Origin: Acidobacteriaceae bacterium | Lineage (GTDB): Bacteria > Acidobacteriota > Terriglobia > Terriglobales > Acidobacteriaceae | Length of the DNA: 64,000 nt | Direction: 5' to 3' | Assembly: GCA_028283625.1 (NCBI GenBank) | Contig: JAPWKG010000010.1 | Location: 96 to 64,095, forward strand | Shown: positions 19,004 to 28,640 of the stretch, piece by piece | How positions within the stretch are numbered: position 1 is the stretch's first letter | Layout of the letters: every line of letters begins with the position of its first letter | Notes under the pieces: model-generated | What the model was told of the DNA's origin: nothing | Seen by the model: the letters and a program-made list of their open reading frames with translations, nothing else | Database searches by the model: none | Made by a program: the position numbers and the translations under genes

Positions 19004-19897
19004 CTAAATCTTTTCCGCGGCCCGCATCTTTGCACTGCGCGAACGCGGGTTCCATCGCGCTTCTTCTTCCGTGGCGACGACCGGCTTCTTCGTCAACACG
19101 TCTAACTCGCCACGCTTCGCCGCTTCCCGAAACGCATCCTTCACCATCCGGTCTTCCAGCGAGTGGAAGCTGATCAACGCCACTCGTCCACCGGACTTGA
19201 GTAAGCTTCCCGCGCTTTGCAGCAGCGATCGAATCTCACCCAACTCATCGTTTACCCGAATTCGGATTGCCTGAAAGGTTCGCGTCGCCGGATGAATCTT
19301 GTCTGCTTTATTGGGCGGGGCAGCGGCCGAGACGATTGCAGCAAGCTCTGCTGTACTCGTCACCGGCCGCGCCCGCACAATTGCTCTGGCGATTCTCCGC
19401 GACCTCCTTTCCTCTCCGAATTCGTAAATCAGGTTGGCGAGATCTTCTTCGTCCGCCTGATTTACCACTTGTTCAGCCGTCAGCTCGCTGCGTGCGTCCA
19501 TACGCATATCCAGCGGTCCGTCGGCCCGAAAACTAAACCCTCGTGCAGCCTCATCCAGCTGCAGGCTGCTGACACCAAAATCGGCCAGCAAACCATCGAG
19601 CGAACCCGGCGCGATCACCTCACGCGCTTCAGAAAACGCTCGCGGCACAAACTCAACCTGCGGCATCTGCGAGCCCAGCTCCTCGGCTACTTTTTCCAGC
19701 CGAGCCTTTGCCAGCGACATCGCCTGCGGATCACGATCAAACGCAATCAGCCTGCCACCCGGCCCGAGCCTTCGGACGATCGCCGAAGAGTGCCCACCGA
19801 GACCCAGCGTCGCGTCCACTACCGTCGCACCGGGCTTTACCTTCAGAAATTCAAGGCATTCTTCTAAAAGAACCGGAACATGTTGCGGCTCACTCAT
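19004..19897 (-). CDS. rsmH: 16S rRNA m4C1402 methyltransferase
   Basis: HVPVLL, DATLGLGGHS, GVSSLQLD, FHSLEDR and NPRSRSAKMR motifs. Confidence 0.96.
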   Translation of the reverse strand: MSEPQHVPVLLEECLEFLKVKPGATVVDATLGLGGHSSAIVRRLGPGGRLIAFDRDPQAMSLAKARLEKVAEELGSQMPQVEFVPRAFSEAREVIAPGSLDGLLADFGVSSLQLDEAARGFSFRADGPLDMRMDARSELTAEQVVNQADEEDLANLIYEFGEERRSRRIARAIVRARPVTSTAELAAIVSAAAPPNKADKIHPATRTFQAIRIRVNDELGEIRSLLQSAGSLLKSGGRVALISFHSLEDRMVKDAFREAAKRGELDVLTKKPVVATEEEARWNPRSRSAKMRAAEKI

Positions 19898-19935
19898 CTT
19901 TCCCGCTCCACGTGCTCCCTGGGGAACAACATCCG

Positions 19936-20373
19936 TTACAAACCGATCACACCCAACGCTTCGATATCGGCATCCGTCAGAGGCTCAGCCTCCAACGCCG
20001 CACGATGCTTGGCGTCATTGACGACTGCCAGAAAGTTCTGCTGTCCAAGCACGGCGACATCGCCTTCGATCACAGCTGCCTCCCGCAAGGTTTGCGGAAT
20101 CAGCAGCCTTCCCTGCCCGTCCATCTCAACAACCTGGCCGTAGTAATTCGTTACATCCAGAAACTTGCGCTTGGCCCCGGAAGCCGGCGCCTTGGCGATG
20201 GCTTCCTCGATCTTTTCCCATTCCTTCATCGGATAAAGCTCCGCGCGCTTGCCGTCGCGGCTGGTGATGAAGAACTGCGGCCCGTACATCTCATCCACAC
20301 GACGCTTAAAGTCGGCAGGGACCTTCAAGCGGCCCTTTTCGTCAACGCGTGCTGGATGATTGCCGCGAAACAT
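19936..20373 (-). CDS. mraZ: dcw cluster transcriptional repressor MraZ
   Basis: MFRGNH...VDEKGRL and second MDGQGRLLIP repeat. Confidence 0.93.
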   Translation of the reverse strand: MFRGNHPARVDEKGRLKVPADFKRRVDEMYGPQFFITSRDGKRAELYPMKEWEKIEEAIAKAPASGAKRKFLDVTNYYGQVVEMDGQGRLLIPQTLREAAVIEGDVAVLGQQNFLAVVNDAKHRAALEAEPLTDADIEALGVIGL

Positions 20374-20468
20374 TGCTAAATCCTCAAAAAGTTCGACCGC
20401 ATCCTTCCTGAGACTTACGCTGGGGACCCGGACGAAGTAGGATTGAGTCCGAATCTTGCTTCGGTCAG

Positions 20469-20527
20469 CCCTTTTTGACCACTTTCGACCACTTCGTTCC
20501 ACAAGAATCCCGCAAGATACCCCCACA
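20469..20527 (-). promoter_or_regulatory. MraZ-binding GTGG repeats
   Basis: Three GTGG on the minus strand at exact 10-bp spacing (ccac at 20479, 20489, 20499), plus degenerate flanking copies. Confidence 0.75.
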
Positions 20528-20612
20528 TGCAAGATAAAAATTCGTTGCATCGTGTCTTTTTTTGCGCGCATCGTGTGGAAAAAACAGCGGAGTGGATAGA
20601 GATATCCACACG

Positions 20613-20628
20613 CCACAACATCTTGTGT
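20613..20628. promoter_or_regulatory. NrdR-box-like palindrome
   Basis: ccacaacatcttgtgt versus consensus acaCwAtATaTwGtgt. Confidence 0.5.
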
Positions 20629-20841
20629 TTACCAAATCGAGTCGTGCCTCATGTCGCACTTGCCACAGCGCCGGGGCTTCGATAAAGCGCAAGAAAGGCG
20701 AAAGCGGGGACCGTCTGTTTGCCTAATCAAAAGCGCTGTTTTGCACAGCAGGGCAAAACCACGCTAAGAGAGCAGCTTTCCGGTCATTTGCAGACTTCAG
20801 GTGTTTGCGGCGTGAAAACCCGGGGCCGCGCCGGAGGCAAC

Positions 20842-21366
20842 CTAGCCGTTTTGCGAGCTGCGCTCAGCCTGTTTGCGGCGCATGCGGCGAATCACCCATA
20901 ACAGGTAGCCCAGCACAAGCAGGTTCAACAGCAGAAGCAGAGCGCGGAAGAGATTCGGGTCACGCACGAGCTCAAAGATCTCCCAGGGCAAAGCGATCAC
21001 CGTCAGAGAGACGGTGAAGTACTCTGCCCAGGTCTTCTCGTTGTAGAGCCCAAGACCTTCGACGACGCAGACGCCGGAGTAGAGGAAGGAAAAGAGTGCG
21101 GTGCGCTTGAGCTGGTGGCCTTGAATGAGATCGGCACGATCGAGGAGGAAGCGCACAAGACGGCCTTCCGTATCGAGACGGAAGACACTGGCGATGCGCA
21201 GAGCAACGTCGCCGACATCCCGGTGCACAAGATGCAAAGCTCCGATCCCGAGCGCAACGAAGAAGAGCGCTTTGCCTAACTTGAACAGCGCCACCAACAG
21301 CAGACCGCTATCGCGGTGTCTTGCTGTCTGAGCCTGCCTCACGAGCGGATTGGCCACGGAACCCAT
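20842..21366 (-). CDS. DUF2127 family membrane protein
   Basis: 'VALFKLGKA' and 'VEGLGLY...WAEYFTV...LPWEIFEL' pattern. Confidence 0.8.
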   Translation of the reverse strand: MGSVANPLVRQAQTARHRDSGLLLVALFKLGKALFFVALGIGALHLVHRDVGDVALRIASVFRLDTEGRLVRFLLDRADLIQGHQLKRTALFSFLYSGVCVVEGLGLYNEKTWAEYFTVSLTVIALPWEIFELVRDPNLFRALLLLLNLLVLGYLLWVIRRMRRKQAERSSQNG

Positions 21367-21511
21367 GCTCTTACAGTGGACGGCTGCGGCCGCGCTTTGT
21401 CAACGCATTCGCCGACGAACGCACACAAGGCGACAATGCGCATGATGCAAAAGCGCCCGCACCATGAGGGTGATGCGGGCGCCCTTCAACCATCTGCATG
21501 GTTGAAGCCTG

Positions 21512-22192
21512 TTAGATCTCAGCCCAATGGCGCAGCAGGTTGTGGTACACGCCGGTGAGATCGACGAGCGAAGGATGGTTCGGGAGATCCTGTCCCAGCT
21601 TTTGAATGGCGACATCGAGGTTCAGCAACATGCTGCGCTGCGCATCGTCGCGAATCATGCTCTGCATCCAGAAGAAGGAAGAAACACGAGCACCGCGCGT
21701 TACGGGACGAACATGATGCAGGCTCGTGGAGGGATAAAGAATGGCGTGCCCTGCGGGCAGCTTTACGGAGTGCGAACCGTAGGTATCTTCGACGACTAGC
21801 TCTCCACCGTCGTACTCCTCCGGTGCGCTCAGGAAGAGCGTCATTGAAAGATCGGTGCGTATGTACTCCCCCGTTGCAGCGATACGGCGAACGGAGTTGT
21901 CGATGTGATTGCCGAACGAATGACCGCCCTGATACATGTTGAAGAGCGGAGGAAAGATTTTCTTCGGCAACGCTGCTGCAACAAACACCGGATTATTCTG
22001 CAGCGCGTGCAGGATCTTTTGCCCCAGCTCAACGGCGACAGGATGGTTTTCCGGCATCTGCATGTTGTTCTTCACGCGCGCCGATTGATATCCGGCCGTG
22101 ACCTTGCCGTCGACCCACTGCGAACGGTCGAGCGCCTCGCGAAACTCGCGGACTTCCTGCGGGCTCAGAACATCGGGAATGGGAATCAGCAT
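21512..22192 (-). CDS. PKHD-type Fe(II)/2OG dioxygenase (PiuC/YbiX)
   Basis: [34 protein letters not shown] and SLHHV motifs. Confidence 0.92.
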   Translation of the reverse strand: MLIPIPDVLSPQEVREFREALDRSQWVDGKVTAGYQSARVKNNMQMPENHPVAVELGQKILHALQNNPVFVAAALPKKIFPPLFNMYQGGHSFGNHIDNSVRRIAATGEYIRTDLSMTLFLSAPEEYDGGELVVEDTYGSHSVKLPAGHAILYPSTSLHHVRPVTRGARVSSFFWMQSMIRDDAQRSMLLNLDVAIQKLGQDLPNHPSLVDLTGVYHNLLRHWAEI

Positions 22193-22258
22193 GAGGTTAC
22201 CTCCGAGGACGGCGTTGCAGCGCGTCCGATTGCATGACCGAGCCGAACCAACGCCTTC

Positions 22259-22969
22259 TCACGCGTTGGCCATATGCTCAGCCGGTTGAGCTACAAGCAG
22301 CTCCTGCGCAAACGCACGGATGCGATCGGAGGAGGACTGCTGCAGGAAAAGCTTCATCTTGGAAAGAAACGCTTCGGTAGCAGTGGAGGGCACCTGCCGG
22401 AACCACTGCAACGCCTCTTCTTCGTTCCCTTCTTCGAGCAGAAGACGGCCATAGTTGAACTGCCCGCGGAAATCTCCGCCGACAGCGGCCTGCTGATAGT
22501 AGTCGCGCGCGGTGACGCGGTTTTTCTGTACGACCCAGCCATCTTCATAGAAGCCGCCGAGCAGATTCATGGACTTCACATGGCCAAGCTGAGCGGCTTT
22601 CAATAGCCACTGGAAGGCCTGTGCTTTGTCCTGCACTACGCCGCCCTCCCCGAGAGCGAGCAACGTGGCGAGGTTGTACATGCCCCAATCAAGACCGCGC
22701 ACAGCCGCTTTGCGAAACCACTGCTCTGCAAGCACGGTGCTCTTTGGCGTGCCCCATCCCTGATCGAAACAACGGCCAACCATGTTGATCGCCATCAAGT
22801 TTCCGCTCTGCGCTGCACGTTCAAACCAGTGCAGAGCCCATGCCGGATTGCGTTCGACGAGCTTGCCGTCGAGCAGCATCTGCCCGAACATGACCTGAGC
22901 CTGGTGCACGCCGCTCAACGCCGCGGAGCGCACCAGCTCAAGAGATTCCTGATCTGTTGGAGTCTTCAT
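22259..22969 (-). CDS. Sel1-repeat protein
   Basis: Repeated 'A..WF.KAA..G' units; typical partner of PiuC. Confidence 0.88.
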   Translation of the reverse strand: MKTPTDQESLELVRSAALSGVHQAQVMFGQMLLDGKLVERNPAWALHWFERAAQSGNLMAINMVGRCFDQGWGTPKSTVLAEQWFRKAAVRGLDWGMYNLATLLALGEGGVVQDKAQAFQWLLKAAQLGHVKSMNLLGGFYEDGWVVQKNRVTARDYYQQAAVGGDFRGQFNYGRLLLEEGNEEEALQWFRQVPSTATEAFLSKMKLFLQQSSSDRIRAFAQELLVAQPAEHMANA

Positions 22970-22983
22970 TGCTTCTTACAGGT

Positions 22984-25653
22984 TTAGAACTTCACGTTGA
23001 TGCCGAAGACAGCCTGACGTCCAGGAGCCATGATCGCGTAGTGCGTCGTATAGGCCTGCTGGTAGTACAGCTTGTCGCCGAGGTTCTGGATGTTCGCCTG
23101 CAGGTTCAGGTGGCTGTTGATGATGTAGTTGCCGAAGATATCGACACGCGCGTATCCCGGTACCCACTTGTTGTTTGTCTGGCTACCCCACTGCTTGGTC
23201 ATGGTGTACACACCACCACCGGCGTGCAGGCGGCTGAAGATCTGGTAATCGCTGGTGATGCTGACGCTATGACGCGCGGTGTTTGGCATGGCCGTACCGT
23301 TGGACAGACCTGCCGAGGTGCCCTCAGGTCCTGCGTTGGTCAGAACGGCATCCAGATAGGTGTATCCGCCGTTCAAGTTCCAGCGCTTGGTGAGCGCACC
23401 ACCGATGCCGATCTGCGCACCCAGCGTACGGTCCGTACCGGCTGCGATGTAGGTCGTGGGATCGGTTGCCGACGGGATACGAACGTTCTGGATATCGGTA
23501 CGGAAGAAGTCGATACGCGCCATCGCCTTACCACCGGCCAGCTCACGCTTGGCACCAATTTCTTCCTGACGAATTTGCTCGGGCTGAAGATTGCTGTTGC
23601 CCGCGGTGTTCAGGTTCGACGTATCACGTCCCTGGGACAGCGAGTTACCGGTCGGGATCGCCGCCGTGCTGACAGCACCGTAGATGCTGGTGGCATGGTC
23701 CGGCTTGTAGACCAGGCTGGCAAGGTACGTGCCCATGTTGTTGACCAGCGACTGCTTCGGAAGGCTGTTGCCTACCGGAGCCGTGTAGGAGGAGTAGAAG
23801 TTGTCGTAACGTCCGCCCACCGTGCTCTGGAAGTGCTTGTTGAACTCAACGGTGTCAAAGCCATAGACCGACTTGGTGACCGCAACCGAGTGATTCGGAT
23901 TATGCGTGAGCGTCAGCTGACCGGTGCTCAGCCAGGGATCGTACGGCGTTGGCGCAAAGAGCGAGGTGCAGTTGTAGAGCGACGCTGCACCGGTGCCGAA
24001 CTTACAGTTCTCTCCACCGGTGGCGGTGGTGCTGTTGTTGGTGTAGCTATCGTTATTGCCGCGCTCCTTGGAGAACTCGATACCGGTAGCGTAAGAGTGC
24101 TTGATGTGGCCTGTCTTGAACTGACCGGAAAGGTCGGTCTGGTTGTCTTCCGTGAAGACGGTGCTGACGCGGCTATTGATGCGACGGAAGATGTACCCGT
24201 AGAGAAGATTTCCCTGGCTATCATCCGGAAGCGTCACGACGTAATCCATGGACGTGCGTTCGTAACGGAAGGTGTTGCGCAAGAGGCTGCGGCCGTGGAA
24301 GAGATCCTGCTCGACGCGCCCTGTGGCAACCTTAGCCACTTCGCGATCGTGATCGCGGTCCGCAAGACCGTAGAAGAATCGGCGATCAGAAACGTCGAAG
24401 GGTTCGCCATCGCCCGGCTGCAGGATCTGCGTTCCGGGATCAACTCCGCCTGTCTTATCCGCAGGGTTGTTGTACGGAATACCTGAATCCGGAATGTTGT
24501 TCTGCACCAGGTGGTAGTAGTCGAGCAAAAGACGTGTCGGGTGTCCGAGTCCGACCGCAAGGCTCGGCGCAATGCCCCAGCGATTGTTATGCACGACGTC
24601 ACGACCCGCAACATCCGCGTCGTTCCACATACCCGTCAGGCGGCCGGAAACGAAGGGACCGAAGTCCGTATTGCCATCAACAGTGGCACGCTTGTAGTTC
24701 GCGGTACCCGGCATAAAGGTGCCGGTGACAAAGCTCTTGCGGCGCGCCATCTTCGAGTTCATGTTGATGCTGCCGCCGCCGGTACCACGGCCGCCGTATG
24801 CACCACCAGGACCTTCGGCGACTTCAATGCTGTCGATGTCGAAGACTTCACGCGATTGTGCGGCGATATCGCGCAGACCGTCGATGTAGGTGCTCGACTG
24901 CGCGTCCATACCGCGGATGAACGGACGATCACCCAGCGGGTTGCCGCCTTCGCCTGCACCGAAGGTAATGCCGGGAACGGTGCGAAGCGCTTCTACCAGC
25001 GTTGTGGATGCGGTGTTCTGCATGGTCTGCTGACCGATCACGGTGACCGTCTGCGGAAGGTCAAGCAGCGACGCGGTGTACTTGATATTTGGCGTGCTGT
25101 CGGCGGTGACCACGACCGACTCACGGTTGGAGCGGAGCTCAACGACGACCGAGTCCGGTGCGTCGAAACGCGCCGAGAGACCAGTGTTGGCGAGAGCCTG
25201 CGCCAGTGCATCTTCCAGAGAAACCACACCCTGAACACCCGGCGACGCAATGCTAGCCATCTTGTCTTGCGCCGACAAGGCGATGCGGATGCCTACCTGC
25301 TTGCGCAGTGCTTCCATGACATCGGCCACGGTTCCGGCAGGAATATTGAACTTGTGAACTTCGCTCGCGGGCGTGCCCGTCTGGCTGCTCGAAGCCGCGG
25401 TCTCCGGATTTACTTCTTCACCAAGATCCTTGTTTTTGGACGGTTCGGTGGGGGCTGCAACCGCGTTCGAGCCCACCAGACCCGCAACCGTTAGCGTGAG
25501 CGCCGCTGCCCACGACGACTTACGTCCTGCTACCGCCTTGCTGTTGTCTTCCGTCGCAAGCAATGCGCTCGTGGGGCTTGCCGTATGCGCATCCGACGGC
25601 GTGCCAAACACACCGGCCACAAGGCTTGTCTTAAGGTCGATCCTCTTACTCAA
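22984..25653 (-). CDS. TonB-dependent siderophore receptor (Fiu/PiuA-like) with STN domain
   Basis: 'PGITFGAGEGG...D.PFIRG' plug, 'NLGDKLYY', terminal Phe; N-terminal 'FNIPAG...ALAQALANTGL' STN domain; TTG start with AGGAG. Confidence 0.92.
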   Translation of the reverse strand: MSKRIDLKTSLVAGVFGTPSDAHTASPTSALLATEDNSKAVAGRKSSWAAALTLTVAGLVGSNAVAAPTEPSKNKDLGEEVNPETAASSSQTGTPASEVHKFNIPAGTVADVMEALRKQVGIRIALSAQDKMASIASPGVQGVVSLEDALAQALANTGLSARFDAPDSVVVELRSNRESVVVTADSTPNIKYTASLLDLPQTVTVIGQQTMQNTASTTLVEALRTVPGITFGAGEGGNPLGDRPFIRGMDAQSSTYIDGLRDIAAQSREVFDIDSIEVAEGPGGAYGGRGTGGGSINMNSKMARRKSFVTGTFMPGTANYKRATVDGNTDFGPFVSGRLTGMWNDADVAGRDVVHNNRWGIAPSLAVGLGHPTRLLLDYYHLVQNNIPDSGIPYNNPADKTGGVDPGTQILQPGDGEPFDVSDRRFFYGLADRDHDREVAKVATGRVEQDLFHGRSLLRNTFRYERTSMDYVVTLPDDSQGNLLYGYIFRRINSRVSTVFTEDNQTDLSGQFKTGHIKHSYATGIEFSKERGNNDSYTNNSTTATGGENCKFGTGAASLYNCTSLFAPTPYDPWLSTGQLTLTHNPNHSVAVTKSVYGFDTVEFNKHFQSTVGGRYDNFYSSYTAPVGNSLPKQSLVNNMGTYLASLVYKPDHATSIYGAVSTAAIPTGNSLSQGRDTSNLNTAGNSNLQPEQIRQEEIGAKRELAGGKAMARIDFFRTDIQNVRIPSATDPTTYIAAGTDRTLGAQIGIGGALTKRWNLNGGYTYLDAVLTNAGPEGTSAGLSNGTAMPNTARHSVSITSDYQIFSRLHAGGGVYTMTKQWGSQTNNKWVPGYARVDIFGNYIINSHLNLQANIQNLGDKLYYQQAYTTHYAIMAPGRQAVFGINVKF

Positions 25654-25939
25654 GTTCCTTCTCCTGCCTCAAAAAAATTTGGTCTGCCCCGCCAGAACCC
25701 GCAGAGGAGGAAACACCCTCCACATGCGCTCCCGGGCTAACCGAGTACCGGGTCCAGATTTTGGCTTACCAGCAAACGTCCATATGGATCTCTGGCTGGC
25801 AAGCGGCTCGCCCTCACGGCCACCCTGTTTTCTTTTGCGGCTACGCGGCCCTCACACACGCAGTTCGCACGCATCCCGCAACCTCTTGTCCGGAGCCATC
25901 CTCACGGTTGTGCAGAAGCAAATCGCCATCTGCGACTCA

Positions 25940-25986
25940 ACAGGTCCGAGATACCTCTAACAACATAACGCATATCTCGGACTTGT
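25940..25986. promoter_or_regulatory. 14-bp imperfect inverted repeat upstream of the TonB-dependent receptor
   Basis: acaggtccgagata-N19-tatctcggacttgt (one mismatch). Confidence 0.5.
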
Positions 25987-26107
25987 ACAGTCCCATATAG
26001 AAATCAGGCGGAAATATTTGTGCGATTTTCGATCACGTTGCGCGAATTCAGAACAACCTTTTTCTACCGGCTCACCAATCGGGCCCAAATTGCTGCAATC
26101 TAGGGAG

Positions 26108-26629
26108 ATGGAACACCGCTTTCATGCCGAGCAGTGGCTTCCCTTTCCTCCGGCGCTTGTTTTTGCCTTCTTCGCCAATCCGGAGAACCTTCCCCGGATC
26201 ATGCCTGCGTGGCAGCAGGTGAGGATTGAGGAGGCGTTCTTCACCGCCCCGCCGCCGCGACCCGCGGGAGTCCCCGTATACCCGGGAATCGCCGCCGGCG
26301 TAGGCACAGAGATGCTGCTCAGCGCACGGATGCTGCCCTACGTTCCGGCAAGGGCCGGCTGGCGAGCGCGTATCGAGGAGTTTTCCTGGAATGAGGGCTT
26401 TTGCGACATACAGCTGAGCGGACCGTTCCGCTCCTGGCGGCACTGCCACCGGCTTCACGAGGCAAACTCCGCGGAAGGAGCGCCAGGAACGGCGGTTCGC
26501 GACGAAATCCGCTACGAGATTCCTCGCTGGCTGCCTGAGTTTCTCGTTCGCGGACAGCTGGAAAAGGCGTTTCGTTATCGGCATCTCCGGGCGGCGGAGC
26601 TTCTTGCACTCGCCGCCCGGGGACGCTAA
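26108..26629 (+). CDS. SRPBCC family protein
   Basis: 'VFAFFANPENL', 'F.D.Q..GPF..W.H.H' and 'F.YRH' motifs; GGGAG RBS. Confidence 0.85.
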   Translation: MEHRFHAEQWLPFPPALVFAFFANPENLPRIMPAWQQVRIEEAFFTAPPPRPAGVPVYPGIAAGVGTEMLLSARMLPYVPARAGWRARIEEFSWNEGFCDIQLSGPFRSWRHCHRLHEANSAEGAPGTAVRDEIRYEIPRWLPEFLVRGQLEKAFRYRHLRAAELLALAARGR

Positions 26630-28500
26630 ACCGCGACGGGCTTCCGCAGCAACGGACGCACACGCTCTAGCGCGGCCTCCGCGGTCAAACCGTACTTCTT
26701 GCGAAGATCTTCGGGCTTGCCATGCTCGATAAACTGGTCGGGCCAACCTACGCGCACCACCGGTACGTCCAGACCTGCGTCTGCAAGGATCTCCAGCACG
26801 CTGGAACCAAAGCCGCCGGCCAGCACATGGTCTTCCAGCGTGAGCAGAACACCACAGCGCTCTGCGTAGTCGAGAATACGCCCGGCATCAACGGGCTTTG
26901 CAAAACGAGCGTTGATAACCGCAACCGTGTGACCTTCCTGCTCAAGCGTGCGTGCAATCTTCTCGGCCTCGGGCAGCATGTTGCCCAGCGAGAAGATCGC
27001 AACGTCTCCACCATCGCGGATCAGTTCGGATTTTCCGATCTCAAGCGCTACAGGAAGCTGTTTCGGCGTTGCGCCGGGACCGGTACCGCGCGGGTAGCGG
27101 ATCGCGCTGGCGCCGTTGTGCTGCAATGCGGTGTACATCATGTCCTGCAGCTCTTCCTCATCCTTCGGGTCCATGTGGATGAGGTTCGGCACGCCGCGCA
27201 GGTAACTGATGTCGAAGAGGCCATGATGCGTTGGGCCGTCATCGCCGCTTAGACCGCCGCGATCCATACAGAAGACGACGGGAAGCTCCTGCAAGGCGAC
27301 GTCATGAACGATCTGGTCAAACGCACGTTGCAGAAAGGTCGAGTAGATGGCGCAGAAGGGGCGGTATCCCTTGGTTGCCATTCCAGCAGCGAACAGCACG
27401 GCATGTTCTTCGGCGATGCCGACGTCAAAGTAGCGATCGGCGTGCTTGGGACGGAAAAGATCGAGCGCGGTGCCGTTAGGCATTGCCGCCGTGATCGCGA
27501 CAACGCGGCGATCCAGATCAGCCAGCTTATTGAGGCTCTCTGCAAACACTTCCGAGTAGGTCTTCTGCCCGGTTGGCTTGGTTTCGCCCGTCTCGGGGTC
27601 ATAGGGCCCCAGGCCGTGGAACTTCTTTACCTTCTCCAGCGCAGGCTGGAAGCCTCGCCCCTTCTGCGTAAGCGCGTGCAGCACGACAGGGCGGTTCTGC
27701 GTCTTGAGGAACTTGAACGTCTCAATGAGCATGGGCAGGTTATGGCCGTCGATCGGACCGTAATAGCTGAGCCCGAACTCCTCAAAAACCATGCCGCGGC
27801 CGATGACGCCTTTGGCCGCTTCCTCTGCCTTGCGCGCCACGTGACGCGCGGCCTGTCCGCCGAACTTTTCTACCAGACCGGTCACGCGATCGTAAAAGTT
27901 CACGTAGAGCGGGTTTGTTGCGATCTTGTGGAAGTACTCCGCGATGGCTCCAACATTTTTATCGATGGACCACTCATTGTCATTGAGCACGATGATCAAA
28001 CGCTTCGTCTGCGCCGCAATGTTGTTCAACGCTTCAAAGCTGATGCCGTTGGTAAACGCCGCGTCGCCACAAAGCGCGACCACATGCTCGCTACCGTTGC
28101 TCATGTCCCGTGCGACGGCCATTCCCAGCGCTGCGCTCAGGGCCGTACCCGCGTGGCCGGCTCCAAAGGAGTCATGCTCGCTTTCGCTGCGCAGCATGAA
28201 GCCGTTCAAGCCTCCGGGCTGGCGAATGGTGTCAAAACGGTCTTCGCGACCGGTGAGCAGTTTATGGACGTAGCTCTGATGGGAGACGTCGAAGACGAAG
28301 CTGTCTGCCGGGGTATCGAACACATAATGCATGGCGATGGTCAGCTCGACGACGCCAAGGTTAGGCCCGATGTGTCCACCTGTTTTTGCTACGCCCTGGA
28401 TCAGGCGCTCGCGGATTTCCTCCGCAAGCTGCTCCAACTCAACAATCCCGAGTTTCTTCACATCCGCCGGGGATTTAATCCGGCTTAAATACTCACTCAT
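26626..28500 (-). CDS. dxs: 1-deoxy-D-xylulose-5-phosphate synthase
   Basis: GGHIGPNLG, DVSHQSY.HK, GDAA, GIAEEHA, YSTFLQRAFDQ and DGPTHH motifs. Confidence 0.96.
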   Translation of the reverse strand: MSEYLSRIKSPADVKKLGIVELEQLAEEIRERLIQGVAKTGGHIGPNLGVVELTIAMHYVFDTPADSFVFDVSHQSYVHKLLTGREDRFDTIRQPGGLNGFMLRSESEHDSFGAGHAGTALSAALGMAVARDMSNGSEHVVALCGDAAFTNGISFEALNNIAAQTKRLIIVLNDNEWSIDKNVGAIAEYFHKIATNPLYVNFYDRVTGLVEKFGGQAARHVARKAEEAAKGVIGRGMVFEEFGLSYYGPIDGHNLPMLIETFKFLKTQNRPVVLHALTQKGRGFQPALEKVKKFHGLGPYDPETGETKPTGQKTYSEVFAESLNKLADLDRRVVAITAAMPNGTALDLFRPKHADRYFDVGIAEEHAVLFAAGMATKGYRPFCAIYSTFLQRAFDQIVHDVALQELPVVFCMDRGGLSGDDGPTHHGLFDISYLRGVPNLIHMDPKDEEELQDMMYTALQHNGASAIRYPRGTGPGATPKQLPVALEIGKSELIRDGGDVAIFSLGNMLPEAEKIARTLEQEGHTVAVINARFAKPVDAGRILDYAERCGVLLTLEDHVLAGGFGSSVLEILADAGLDVPVVRVGWPDQFIEHGKPEDLRKKYGLTAEAALERVRPLLRKPVAV

Positions 28501-28640
28501 CTCTCAACATCCCGCGGTCGCGCCGCAACCAGGTGCGCCTGACAGTTAAGTGTATCAATCCAGAGGATCGGAGTACGTATTTCCATTTTTTTCAAAGAAA
28601 CAGAACACAAAGGTCGTGGAATAGAGGTAGTATTGGCCCC

